Source of the DNA: Candidatus Latescibacterota bacterium
Lineage (GTDB): Bacteria > Latescibacterota > UBA2968 > UBA8231
Direction: 5' to 3'
Length of the DNA: 64,000 bases
Assembly (NCBI GenBank): GCA_965248355.1
Contig: OZ252098.1
Coordinates: 2,080,001 to 2,144,000, forward strand
A model generated the notes under the pieces. That model saw only the letters and a program-made list of their open reading frames with translations. It did no database searches and was not told the DNA's origin. A program made the translations under genes and the position numbers. This document shows, piece by piece, positions 28,664 through 37,598 of this stretch; positions within the stretch are counted from its first letter, which is position 1; each line of letters begins with the position of its first letter.

Positions 28664-29371
28664 ATGACCGCCGCCATCGTTCGTCTGGAGGGAGTCGTCA
28701 AGGACTACGGCGAGGGTCAGGTCGGGACCCGCGCCCTGGCGGGGATCGACCTCGAGATCCGCGCCGGGGAGTTCACGGCCGTGGCCGGGCCCTCGGGCTC
28801 CGGCAAGAGCACCCTGCTCAACATCGTCAGCGGCCTCGACCGGCCCACCGCGGGCCGGGTGTTCTTCGCCGGCGAGGAGATCACCTCCGCCCCCGGCAGC
28901 CGCCTCAGCGAGCTGCGCCTGCGGCGCATCGGCTTCGTCTTCCAGGCCTACAACCTCATCCCCGTGCTGACCGCCTTCGAGAACGCCGAGTACATCCTCA
29001 TGCTGCAGGGAGCGCCGGCGCGGGAACGGCGCGAGAGGGTGATGGAGCTGCTGGACCAGGTCGGTCTGGCCGGCATGGAAGACCGCTTTCCCCGGGAGCT
29101 GTCCGGCGGCCAGCAGCAGCGCGTCGCCATCGCCCGGGCCATCGCCTCGACGCCGGCGCTGGTCCTGGCCGACGAGCCGACCGCCAACGTCGACCAGACC
29201 ACCGCGTCGTCGCTGATGGAGCTGATGGCGCGGCTCAACGAGGAGCGGGGAACGACCTTCCTGTTCTCCTCCCACGACCGCCATGTCCTCGAGCGCGCCC
29301 GGCGCCTGCTGACCCTCACGGACGGCCGCATCACCGGCGATACGGCGCCGTGGAACGACGCCGCGGAATGA
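28664..29371 (+). CDS. ABC transporter ATP-binding protein (LolD-like)
   Basis: [30 protein letters not shown]. Confidence 0.95.
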   Translation: MTAAIVRLEGVVKDYGEGQVGTRALAGIDLEIRAGEFTAVAGPSGSGKSTLLNIVSGLDRPTAGRVFFAGEEITSAPGSRLSELRLRRIGFVFQAYNLIPVLTAFENAEYILMLQGAPARERRERVMELLDQVGLAGMEDRFPRELSGGQQQRVAIARAIASTPALVLADEPTANVDQTTASSLMELMARLNEERGTTFLFSSHDRHVLERARRLLTLTDGRITGDTAPWNDAAE

Positions 29372-30642
29372 GGCCGGTGGCCGCCGCCTGCCTCGGCGCC
29401 GCGCTCTCGGGGCTGCCCTCCGGCGCCGCCGGCGGCCTCCTTCCGGCCCTCGGGGCCAACCTCCGGACCACGAGCCTGGTGGCGCGCAACTACGACCAGG
29501 AGCTGCTCTGGGGCCGGGGCAACGGCGCCGACGGCCACACCGATCTGGCCCTGCGGGTCATCGCCTCCGGCCGCCCGCACCCGCGCCTGCGCTGGGAGGC
29601 GCACATCGTCCAGAACCTGGCGCTGACCACCTTCGCGGGCACCGCGGCCGGCTCCGTGAACCCACTGGGAGCCGGCGGCGACGAGGTCCCCTACCGCCTG
29701 GCCAGCGCGCGCTGGGAGTGGGGGGACGCCGGCGACGTCAGAGCTTCCGCCCACGTTGACCGGGCCCACTTCAGGATCGCCCTGGAGCGCGCCGACATCA
29801 CCCTCGGGCGCCAGGCGATCACCTTCGGCAAGACCTGGTTCTGGAACCCCCTCGATCTCTTCCTGCCCTTCGGCTCCACCCAGTTCGACCGCGACTACAA
29901 GCCCGGGGTCGACGCCCTGCGCGTCGATCTCCCCTTCGGCGACTTCTCCGGCGCCACCCTGGTCGGGGTGCCCGGACGGGCGCGGCCCGGGGCTCCGCCC
30001 GCCGGCGGCGGAGACGCCTGGTACCGCAGCGCCCTGGTGGCGCGCGCCCATGGAAACGCCCGCGGCTGGGACATGGCGGCCCAGGGGGGCAAGATCCTCG
30101 GGGGGTATCAGCTCGGAGGAGCGGTCGCCGGAGAGCTGGGCCGCCTCGAGCTGCGCGGCGAAGCGGCCTGGTTCGCCACCCTGGACGAGACCGGGGCCGG
30201 GGCTCCGGCCGGTTCGGTGGTCGACAGCCACCTCGGCGCCGTGGCCGGGGCCGGCCGCGGTTTCGCCGGCCGCGACCTCCAGCTGCAGGTGGAGTACTTC
30301 TACAACGGCGGCGCCCGGGGCCGTCTGGAGGAACGGTTCGCCCTGGCCGCAAGGGGCCGCCTCGGGCACGCCTCCCGCCACCTGCTCGGCGGGCTCGCCA
30401 GCGGGCGGATTCACCCCCTGGTCAGCGCATCCCTCGCCCTGCTGTGGGGAGTGGGGGACGGCTCCCGGCTGGCGCAGCCCGGCCTCGTCTACGCGGCGGC
30501 GGACGAGGTCGAGGTGATCGCCGGGGCGTTGCTGGCGCGCGGCCGGCGGCCCTCGGGGAGCACCGTGGCAGACCTGAGGTTGCGCAGCGAGTTCGGAACC
30601 TGGCCCGACTTCTACTACCTTGAGACCAAGCTCTATTTCTAG
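29368..30642 (+). CDS. Hypothetical outer-membrane beta-barrel-like protein
   Basis: Signal peptide; LGRQAITFG...WNPLD...DRDYKPGVDALR; C-terminal LETKLYF beta-signal; ATG at 29368 overlaps the upstream TGA. Confidence 0.8.
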   Translation: MRPVAAACLGAALSGLPSGAAGGLLPALGANLRTTSLVARNYDQELLWGRGNGADGHTDLALRVIASGRPHPRLRWEAHIVQNLALTTFAGTAAGSVNPLGAGGDEVPYRLASARWEWGDAGDVRASAHVDRAHFRIALERADITLGRQAITFGKTWFWNPLDLFLPFGSTQFDRDYKPGVDALRVDLPFGDFSGATLVGVPGRARPGAPPAGGGDAWYRSALVARAHGNARGWDMAAQGGKILGGYQLGGAVAGELGRLELRGEAAWFATLDETGAGAPAGSVVDSHLGAVAGAGRGFAGRDLQLQVEYFYNGGARGRLEERFALAARGRLGHASRHLLGGLASGRIHPLVSASLALLWGVGDGSRLAQPGLVYAAADEVEVIAGALLARGRRPSGSTVADLRLRSEFGTWPDFYYLETKLYF

Positions 30643-30670
30643 CGATCCCACGCGATCGAGAGGCCATCTC

Positions 30671-31480
30671 ATGCAGGATTCCTCAAGTTGCGGCGCAATC
30701 CTCATCGTCATCGATGGTTGCCGTCCCGATGGCATCCAGCAGGCGGATACGCCAGCCATCGACAGCCTGATCGCACGCGGGGCATACACCTTCCATGCAC
30801 AGAGCGTTGTCCCGTCCTCCACCCTGCCGTGCCACACCTCGATGTTTCGCGGGGTGACGCCCTCACGCCACGGGATCACGACCAACACCTGGGTTCCCAT
30901 GGTGCGTCCGGTCCCGAGCATCGCCGAGTCGGCTCACGCGATGAACCGGAAGACGGCCTTCGTCTACAATTGGGAGCAGCTTCGGGATCTGGCAGCGCCG
31001 GGGTCGCTGGATTTCTCCTACTTCAGTGCCAACCTCGACGATGCAGAAGGCGACCTGACGATCGCGCAAGTCTCCGCGGAGCACCTGGTGGCCGAGCAAC
31101 CGGACTTCTGCTTCGTCTACCTGGGCATGGTGGATATCGCGGGACACCGCCATGGATGGATGTCCGCGGAGTATATCGAACAGATCGCCATTGCAGACCG
31201 GGCGATCGGGCTTCTGTTGGAAGAGCTCGAGAAGGCAGGCCTCCTGGACCGCTACTTCATCCTCGTGCAGAGCGACCACGGCGGGCATGGAAAGAGCCAC
31301 GGCACGGACCTGCCGGAAGACTTGACGATTCCGTGGATAGCGGCGGGAGCGAAGGTCCGGCAGACCGGTGAGATCCAGCAGCCGGTGCGCATCTTCGATA
31401 CCGCGCCGACACTCGCCCACGTCCTGGATCTGACATTGTCCGAAGAGTGGGAAGGACGACCGGTTCTGGAGATCTTCTGA
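30671..31480 (+). CDS. Alkaline phosphatase superfamily / nucleotide pyrophosphatase-phosphodiesterase
   Basis: IDGCRPD, PSSTLPCHTSM..G..P..HG, D.AGH..GW, SDHGG, D.APT. Confidence 0.9.
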   Translation: MQDSSSCGAILIVIDGCRPDGIQQADTPAIDSLIARGAYTFHAQSVVPSSTLPCHTSMFRGVTPSRHGITTNTWVPMVRPVPSIAESAHAMNRKTAFVYNWEQLRDLAAPGSLDFSYFSANLDDAEGDLTIAQVSAEHLVAEQPDFCFVYLGMVDIAGHRHGWMSAEYIEQIAIADRAIGLLLEELEKAGLLDRYFILVQSDHGGHGKSHGTDLPEDLTIPWIAAGAKVRQTGEIQQPVRIFDTAPTLAHVLDLTLSEEWEGRPVLEIF

Positions 31481-31492
31481 AAGGAGGATGCT

Positions 31493-32743
31493 CTGTTCGC
31501 TGAAATCGTTCGTCACGCCCTCGATCGCGTGCCCTTGTCGATCATCTTCGACGATTCCACCGTGCTGGTGAACCTCAACTACTTCTTCCTGCGCGACCGC
31601 ACGATCGCCGAGGGACGCCACCAGCGCTGGGAGGACGTGCCGGTGGTCCATCCCGCCTCCTTCACCCGCGAGTTCGCAGAGTGGTGCCTGGCAAGCGGTG
31701 TGCGCGGCAAGTTCTCGGTGGTGCCCTGCCCGGCGGCCCTGGGGCGCATCGACGAGGGGCTTCCCCTCTTCAGCAAGTCCCAGCAGGACGAGTGGCTGGC
31801 CATGTGCCGCGAGGTCATCGTCCCCGCCTTCGACATCACCCCCGAGATGCTTACCCACACTTTCGTGCTGGATCCGAAAACCCTGAAACCCCTCCCCTCC
31901 GGAATATGGGAGCAATACGATTGGGCGGCCCTGCCCGAAGACCAGGAGGAACTGGTCACCGAGTACATCGCTCAAGCGTGCCGCATCCTGGTCGCCGTGG
32001 GCCTGACGCCCCAGGGGGTGACCTCGCCGGGCGGCTTCGGGGGACGCACCCTTCCCTTCTACGCCCGCTGCGCCGGCGAGGCCGTGCGCCAGGTCACGGG
32101 AAACCCGGTGCCCTACTTCTTTCAGAGGGTCTCCAGGGAGGCCGCGGTGGACACCCCCGTGTGGTACCCCGACCGCCAGGCGGGACAGGCCACGGGCGAG
32201 ATCATCGCCTCCACCGGGGACTGGACCGGCAACTGGACCGGGTACGGCGAGGCCGATGCCGACAAGTACATCACTCCCGACCTGGAGGGCGGCCGTCTGC
32301 CAGCCCTCATCGACGCGGGCGAGCCGGCCGTGCTCATCAGCCATTGGCAGGGGTTCTATGGGCTGCACGACGGGGACCGGCGCGGCTTCAGGGCCTTCAA
32401 GAAGGTGGTGAGCCGCCTCGCCGAACGCGACCCCCGCGGAGAGCGCACCCGGTGGCGCACCAGCAGCCAGATCACCACCTATGCCTGCGCCCGGGCCATG
32501 GCCGAGGTCTCGGTAGAGGGGAACACCGTCCGCCTCGACCTGCCGGTGCGGACCCCTGACCTCACCCTGCGGCTGACGGATGGAGAGGTGCGCTCGGTGC
32601 GGGTGGACGGCCGCCCCCTGGCGCGGGCTTCGACTCGAGCCGCCTTCAAGAGCGGCACCTGTCTGATGGAGGACGGAGCGGCCCTGGCCGCCTTCGACCC
32701 GGCCCGACGACGAGTGCTGGTGGAGGTGGATCACCTGAATTAG
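31493..32743 (+). CDS. Hypothetical protein, possibly polysaccharide-deacetylase-like fold; probable CTG start at 31493 (track start GTG 31529)
   Basis: SD AAGGAGG at 31481-31487; RVPLSIIFDD, GKFSVVP, DITPEMLTHT, GVTSPGGFG, SHWQG. Confidence 0.75.
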   Translation: MFAEIVRHALDRVPLSIIFDDSTVLVNLNYFFLRDRTIAEGRHQRWEDVPVVHPASFTREFAEWCLASGVRGKFSVVPCPAALGRIDEGLPLFSKSQQDEWLAMCREVIVPAFDITPEMLTHTFVLDPKTLKPLPSGIWEQYDWAALPEDQEELVTEYIAQACRILVAVGLTPQGVTSPGGFGGRTLPFYARCAGEAVRQVTGNPVPYFFQRVSREAAVDTPVWYPDRQAGQATGEIIASTGDWTGNWTGYGEADADKYITPDLEGGRLPALIDAGEPAVLISHWQGFYGLHDGDRRGFRAFKKVVSRLAERDPRGERTRWRTSSQITTYACARAMAEVSVEGNTVRLDLPVRTPDLTLRLTDGEVRSVRVDGRPLARASTRAAFKSGTCLMEDGAALAAFDPARRRVLVEVDHLN

Positions 32744-32791
32744 ATCATGCGAATCCCGGATCGACAAGCCTCGAGAGAAAAGGATGACATC

Positions 32792-33772
32792 ATGCACATC
32801 GCCCTGGCCCTCGGACCCGAGGCCGGCCCCGTGTCGACCTTCGGAGCCCAGTGCGGCGTCGAGCACGCCGTGGGAACCTTCGACCTGACGCCGGTAGCGG
32901 AAGAGCCGATCGACGGCGACGCCCAGCCCTTCAGCCGCGCCTCCCTGGCCCGCTGCAAGGCCCGGTACGAGAGCAACGGCTACGACCTGTCCGTCATCGA
33001 GAGCCGCCCCCCCATGGAGAGCATCAAGCTGGGCCGGGCGGGCCGCGACGAGGAGATCGCCGTCGTCCGCGAGTTCATCCGCAACATGGGGGCGGTGGGC
33101 ATCCCGGTCTGGTGCCCGGCCTGGATGCCCGTCCACATGGTGATCCGCACCTCGCGCGAGATCCCCACCCGGGGAGGGGCCCGGGTGACCGGCTTCGACC
33201 TCGAGGAGTTCAACCGCACCCACGCCGCCGGCGCCCACGGCGAGATCACCGAGGCGGACCAGTGGGACAACCTGAGGTACTTCCTGGAGCGGATCGTGCC
33301 CGTTGCGGAGGAGGCGGACGTCAAGCTCGCCATGCATCCCGACGACCCGCCCCTGTCGCCGATCCAGGGCGTGGCCCGCATCATCAGCAGCGTCGAGAAC
33401 TACCAGCGCATGGTCGACCTCGTCCCCAGCCCGGCCAACGGCATCGGACTCTGCCAGGGCAACTTCGGCCTCATGACCGACGACCTGCCCGCGGTCATCC
33501 GCCACTTCGGCGGGCAGGAGAAGATCCACTTCGTCCACTTCCGCGACATCCGGGGCACGCCGGAGAAGTTCGAGGAGGCCTTCCACGACGACGGCAAGCA
33601 CGACATGGCGGCCTGTGTCCGGGCCTACCGGGACGTCGGCTACGGCGGCGTGGCGCGGCCCGACCACTTCCCGCAGCTGGCCTACGAGGACTTCGAAGAC
33701 GTCCATTCGATGGAACGCCTCTACGCCATCGGCTACATGAGAGGTCTCATCGAGGCGGTCTACAGCGAGTGA
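32792..33772 (+). CDS. uxuA: Mannonate dehydratase family protein
   Basis: IKLGR..RD.EI, W.NL.YFL..I.PVAEEA.V.LAMHPDDPP, HFVHFRD, RPDH.P, GYM.GL.EA. Confidence 0.85.
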   Translation: MHIALALGPEAGPVSTFGAQCGVEHAVGTFDLTPVAEEPIDGDAQPFSRASLARCKARYESNGYDLSVIESRPPMESIKLGRAGRDEEIAVVREFIRNMGAVGIPVWCPAWMPVHMVIRTSREIPTRGGARVTGFDLEEFNRTHAAGAHGEITEADQWDNLRYFLERIVPVAEEADVKLAMHPDDPPLSPIQGVARIISSVENYQRMVDLVPSPANGIGLCQGNFGLMTDDLPAVIRHFGGQEKIHFVHFRDIRGTPEKFEEAFHDDGKHDMAACVRAYRDVGYGGVARPDHFPQLAYEDFEDVHSMERLYAIGYMRGLIEAVYSE

Positions 33773-34491
33773 CCCCGGTCTCGGTGGCCCGCGCCCTCGG
33801 CCGGGCCGCGGGGCGGCTGCGGTTCGCCGACCCGGTGGCCCACGTCTACAACCCCCTGGTCTACGCCTTCGAGGCCCACAGGTCGTACCTGGAGCGCTAC
33901 TGCCGGCGCGAGGCCGAGGTCCTGCTGGTGGGCATGAATCCCGGCCCCTGGGGCATGGTGCAGACCGGCGTCCCCTTCGGCGAGGTCGGCCTCGTCCGGG
34001 ACTGGCTCGGCATCGAGGCCGGGGTGCGCGCCCCCCGGTCGCAGCACCCCCGGCGGCCGGTGGAGGGCTTCGGCTGCCGGCGCAGCGAGGTCAGCGGCCG
34101 GCGGCTCTGGGGATGGGCCCGGGACCGCTTCGGCACCCCCGACCGGTTCTTCGACCGGTTCTTCGTGTGGAACTACTGCCCCCTCGCCTTCCTCGAGGAG
34201 AGCGGCCGCAACCGCACCCCGGACAAGCTCCCGGCTCAGGAGCGCGCCCCCCTCTTCGAGATCTGCGACCGGGCGCTCCGGCGGATCGCCGGGCACATCG
34301 AGCCCGTCTCCGTCCTCGGCGTCGGCCGCTTCGGGCGGGACCGGGCTCGCGCCGCCCTGGACGGCGCCTTCTCCGTGGGCGAGATCCTGCACCCGAGCCC
34401 GGCGAGCCCCGCGGCCAACCGCGGCTGGGCCCACCAGGTCGAGGCCCAGCTCGCCGCCCTCGGCATCGATCTGGAAGCCGGCAAGGCCTGA
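33769..34491 (+). CDS. SMUG1-like (family 3) uracil-DNA glycosylase
   Basis: YNPL.YA, GMNPGPWGM.QTGVPFG, SEVSG.RLW, NYCPL, HPSPASP; GTG overlaps the uxuA stop. Confidence 0.93.
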   Translation: MTPVSVARALGRAAGRLRFADPVAHVYNPLVYAFEAHRSYLERYCRREAEVLLVGMNPGPWGMVQTGVPFGEVGLVRDWLGIEAGVRAPRSQHPRRPVEGFGCRRSEVSGRRLWGWARDRFGTPDRFFDRFFVWNYCPLAFLEESGRNRTPDKLPAQERAPLFEICDRALRRIAGHIEPVSVLGVGRFGRDRARAALDGAFSVGEILHPSPASPAANRGWAHQVEAQLAALGIDLEAGKA

Positions 34492-34519
34492 CCCGCCACT
34501 CACCTCCCAGGAGCCCTCC

Positions 34520-35035
34520 ATGCAGATCGGCATCATCTCCGACACCCACGACAACTGGCCGGCTCTCGACCGGGTCTGCCGGTTCCTGGCCGACAGCGGC
34601 GTCGGCACGCTGATCCACTGCGGGGACGTCTGCGCGCCCCTCACCCTCGGCCACCTGCTGGACCAGTACGAGGGCCAGGTGCATCTCGCCTTCGGCAATG
34701 TCGACGGGGATCCCTTCCTCATGGCGGCGCGCTTCGGGGACCGCCCGAACCTGCGCCTCCACGGGGCCGAGCGCGGGGAGCTGGACCTGGGGGAGCGCCG
34801 GGTCGGCGTGCAGCACTACCCCGCCCTGGCGCGGGGGCTGGCCCTCACCGGGGAGTACGACGCCGTGTTCTTCGGCCACGACCACGACCCGCGCCAGGAG
34901 GTCCTCACCCTGGGCAACCGCCGGGTGCTGCTCGCCAACCCCGGCACCCTGGCGGCCATGGGCAAGCCCCAGACCTTCCTGCTCTACGAGACCGGGACCA
35001 ACGACGTGGAGCGGTTCGAGGTGGACCGGCTCTAG
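34520..35035 (+). CDS. YfcE/MJ0936-type metallophosphoesterase
   Basis: ISDTHD, HCGD, GNVD, H.P, GH.H, NPG. Confidence 0.9.
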   Translation: MQIGIISDTHDNWPALDRVCRFLADSGVGTLIHCGDVCAPLTLGHLLDQYEGQVHLAFGNVDGDPFLMAARFGDRPNLRLHGAERGELDLGERRVGVQHYPALARGLALTGEYDAVFFGHDHDPRQEVLTLGNRRVLLANPGTLAAMGKPQTFLLYETGTNDVERFEVDRL

Positions 35036-35511
35036 GGGCTCTCGACCTGCAGCAGGGCGCCGGGCTCCTCCGCCCGGGACGCCTCCACGCCGTGGGTCGT
35101 ATCCAGCAGATCCTGCAGGCTCGTGCGCGACAGCACGCCGTCCACCGCCTCCTGCACCCGCATCCAGAGTCCGCGGATTGAGCAGTCCACGGAGGTGTGG
35201 CTGCAGGTCTCCTCGGCTCCGGTGAAGTGGTCGCAGAAGGTGGGGTCGTAGAGGGGCCCTCCGAGGGCGGCCACGACCTCGGCCACGGCGATCCGCGAGG
35301 CCGGGCGCGACAGGCTGTAGCCGCCGCGCTGGCCGCGCTCGCTGTCGACGAGGCCGCTGCGCCGCAGGGTGCCCAGGTAGCGGGCGGTGTTGTGGGGCGA
35401 CAGGCCCTCGGCCTCGGCGATCTCCGGAATCGTGGCGCTGCCGCCGGGGGAGCGGCGGGCCACCTGGAGCAGGCAGCGCAGGCCGTACTCCTCCTGGGCG
35501 CTGAGCTTCAT
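35032..35511 (-). CDS. Rrf2-family (IscR-like) transcriptional regulator
   Basis: EYGLRCL, EIAE.EG.S, L...GLV.SERG..GGY.L.RP; three Cys in FCDHFTG..ETCSH..VDC. Confidence 0.93.
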   Translation of the reverse strand: MKLSAQEEYGLRCLLQVARRSPGGSATIPEIAEAEGLSPHNTARYLGTLRRSGLVDSERGQRGGYSLSRPASRIAVAEVVAALGGPLYDPTFCDHFTGAEETCSHTSVDCSIRGLWMRVQEAVDGVLSRTSLQDLLDTTHGVEASRAEEPGALLQVESP

Positions 35512-35512
35512 C

Positions 35513-35872
35513 CTACATCATCCCGAGCTGCAGCTTGGCCGCTTCCGACATGCGGTCGATGCTCCACGGCGGGTCCCAGGTGATGTCGACCTGCGAGTCG
35601 TCCACCTCCGCCACCTGCTCGAGCACCTTGCGCTGCACCTCGCCGGGCAGGGTCCCGGCCACGGGGCAGGCCGGGGAGGTGAGGGTCATGGTGACGTGGA
35701 CCTTCCGGCCCCCGTCCTCCCCCTCCTCCACGTCGACGGCGTAGATCAGGCCGAGCTCGTAGATGTCGACGGGGATCTCGGGGTCGTAGCAGGTCCTGAG
35801 GACGTCGACGACCTTGGACTCGACGCTGCCGGGGGGGTGCTCCTGCGGTTCGGTTGGTTCCACGTTGCTCAC
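35513..35872 (-). CDS. SufT/MIP18 (DUF59) Fe-S assembly protein
   Basis: LRTCYDPEIPVDIYELGLIY, MTLTSPACPVA, WDPPWS.DRMSEAAKLQLG. Confidence 0.93.
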   Translation of the reverse strand: MSNVEPTEPQEHPPGSVESKVVDVLRTCYDPEIPVDIYELGLIYAVDVEEGEDGGRKVHVTMTLTSPACPVAGTLPGEVQRKVLEQVAEVDDSQVDITWDPPWSIDRMSEAAKLQLGMM

Positions 35873-36327
35873 TCCGTCCTGACCGGCTCGGCGGCGTCGC
35901 CGTCGAGGGCGGCCTTCATGGTGTGCCAGGCCAGGGTGGCGCACTTGACCCGCATGGGAAACTCTCGGACCCCGGCGAAGACGACGAGCTTGCCGGCCTT
36001 CACCGGATCGACGGGCTCGTCGGAATCGGCGGTGACCAGATCGTGAAAGCTCTCGAAGGCGGCCCTCGCCTCCTCGGCGCTGCGGCCCTTGAGCTGCTCG
36101 GTCATGAGCGAGGCCGAGGCCTTGGAGATGGCGCAGCCGGAGCCGTCGAAGTGGATCTCCTCGATCACCCCCTCGTCGCCGAGCAGAAGGTAGACGTGGA
36201 GGTGGTCGCCGCACAGCGGGTTGTAGCCCTCCTGGTGGCGGTTGGCCTTCTCCAGGGGGCCAAAGTTCCTCGGGCTGCGGTTGTGGTCGAGGATGATCTG
36301 CTGGTAGAGCTCTCGAAGCTCCGTCAC
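35869..36327 (-). CDS. sufU: SufU Fe-S assembly sulfur-transfer protein
   Basis: LYQQIILDH..SPRNFG, NPLCGD, GSGCAISKASAS, RVKCATLAWH. Confidence 0.95.
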   Translation of the reverse strand: MTELRELYQQIILDHNRSPRNFGPLEKANRHQEGYNPLCGDHLHVYLLLGDEGVIEEIHFDGSGCAISKASASLMTEQLKGRSAEEARAAFESFHDLVTADSDEPVDPVKAGKLVVFAGVREFPMRVKCATLAWHTMKAALDGDAAEPVRTE

Positions 36328-37598
36328 GACACGCCTCCCAGGACCGTTTCGACCTGGTTCAGGCCCTCCACGAGCAGGTCGATCTCGCGGCGCGTGTTGT
36401 AGAAGGCCAAGGAGGCCCGGGCCATGGCGGGCACCCCGAAGCGGGCCATGAGGGGCTGGGCGCAGTGGTGGCCGGTGCGCACGGCCACGCCCTCGGCGTC
36501 GAGGATCGTGCCCATGTCGTGGGGATGGGCGCCGTCGAGGGCGAAGGAGAGGACCGGGACCTTGCGGCGGGCCTCGCCGAAGATGCGCAGGCCCTCGACC
36601 CCGGCGAGGCGGCCGCCGGCGTAGGCGAGCAGGTCCTCTTCGTACTCGCTGATGCGTTCCATGCCGAGCCCGTTGAGGTAGTCCACGGCGGCGGCCAGGC
36701 CCAGGGCGCCGGCGATGTTCGGGGTGCCGGCCTCGAACTTGGCGGGCGGCTCGGCCCAGGTCGTGCCCTCGAAGGAGACGGACCGGATCATGGAGCCGCC
36801 GCCCTCGTAGGGAAGCATGCCCTCGAGCAAGTCGCGGCGGCCGTAGAGGATGCCGATCCCCGTGGGCGCGAACAGCTTGTGGCCGGAGAGGGCGTAGAAG
36901 TCGCAGCCCAGGTCCCGCACGTCCACCGGCAGGTGGGGCGCGCCCTGGGCGCCGTCGACGAAGACCGCGGCGCCGTACTCGTGGGCCAGGTCGCAGATCC
37001 GGCGCACGGGGTTGACGGTGCCGAGGACGTTGGAGGCGTGGGCCACGGCCACTATGCGGGTGCGCGGCGACAGGCGGTCGGAGAAGGCCGCCAGGTCGAG
37101 CTCCCCTTCGTCGGTGATGGGCGCCACCCTCAGGCGGGCGCCCGTGGCCTCGCACAGCATCTGCCACGGGACGATGTTGGAGTGGTGCTCCATGTGGGTG
37201 ACGAGGATCTCGTCCCCCTCGCCCACCCGGGACCTGCCGTACCCGTGAGCCACGAGGTTGGCCGCCTCGGTCGTGCCCCGGCAGAACACGACCTCGGCGC
37301 TCTCGGCGGCGTTGACGAAGGTGGCCAGCCGCCCTCGGGCGCGCTCGTAGGAGAACGTGGCCTGCTGGCTGAGGAAGTGGACGCCGCGGTGGATGTTGGC
37401 GTTCTCCTCCTCGTAGTAGCGCTCCACGGCGTCGATCACCGGCCTCGGCTTCTGGGTGGTGGCGGCGTTGTCCAGGTAGACCAGGGCCCGGCCGCGCACC
37501 GCCCGGCCGAGGATCGGGAAGTCCCGCCGGACCGCGTCGACGTCGAGAACCCCCTCGTCGCGGCCGGGGGCGGTCATCACGGGCTGGGGGGCGGTCAC
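36324..37598 (-). CDS. sufS: SufS cysteine desulfurase
   Basis: YLDNAATTQKP, NIHRGVH, MEHHSNIVPWQ, SGHK, KFEAGTP, RTGHHCAQPL. Confidence 0.96.
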   Translation of the reverse strand: MTAPQPVMTAPGRDEGVLDVDAVRRDFPILGRAVRGRALVYLDNAATTQKPRPVIDAVERYYEEENANIHRGVHFLSQQATFSYERARGRLATFVNAAESAEVVFCRGTTEAANLVAHGYGRSRVGEGDEILVTHMEHHSNIVPWQMLCEATGARLRVAPITDEGELDLAAFSDRLSPRTRIVAVAHASNVLGTVNPVRRICDLAHEYGAAVFVDGAQGAPHLPVDVRDLGCDFYALSGHKLFAPTGIGILYGRRDLLEGMLPYEGGGSMIRSVSFEGTTWAEPPAKFEAGTPNIAGALGLAAAVDYLNGLGMERISEYEEDLLAYAGGRLAGVEGLRIFGEARRKVPVLSFALDGAHPHDMGTILDAEGVAVRTGHHCAQPLMARFGVPAMARASLAFYNTRREIDLLVEGLNQVETVLGGVS

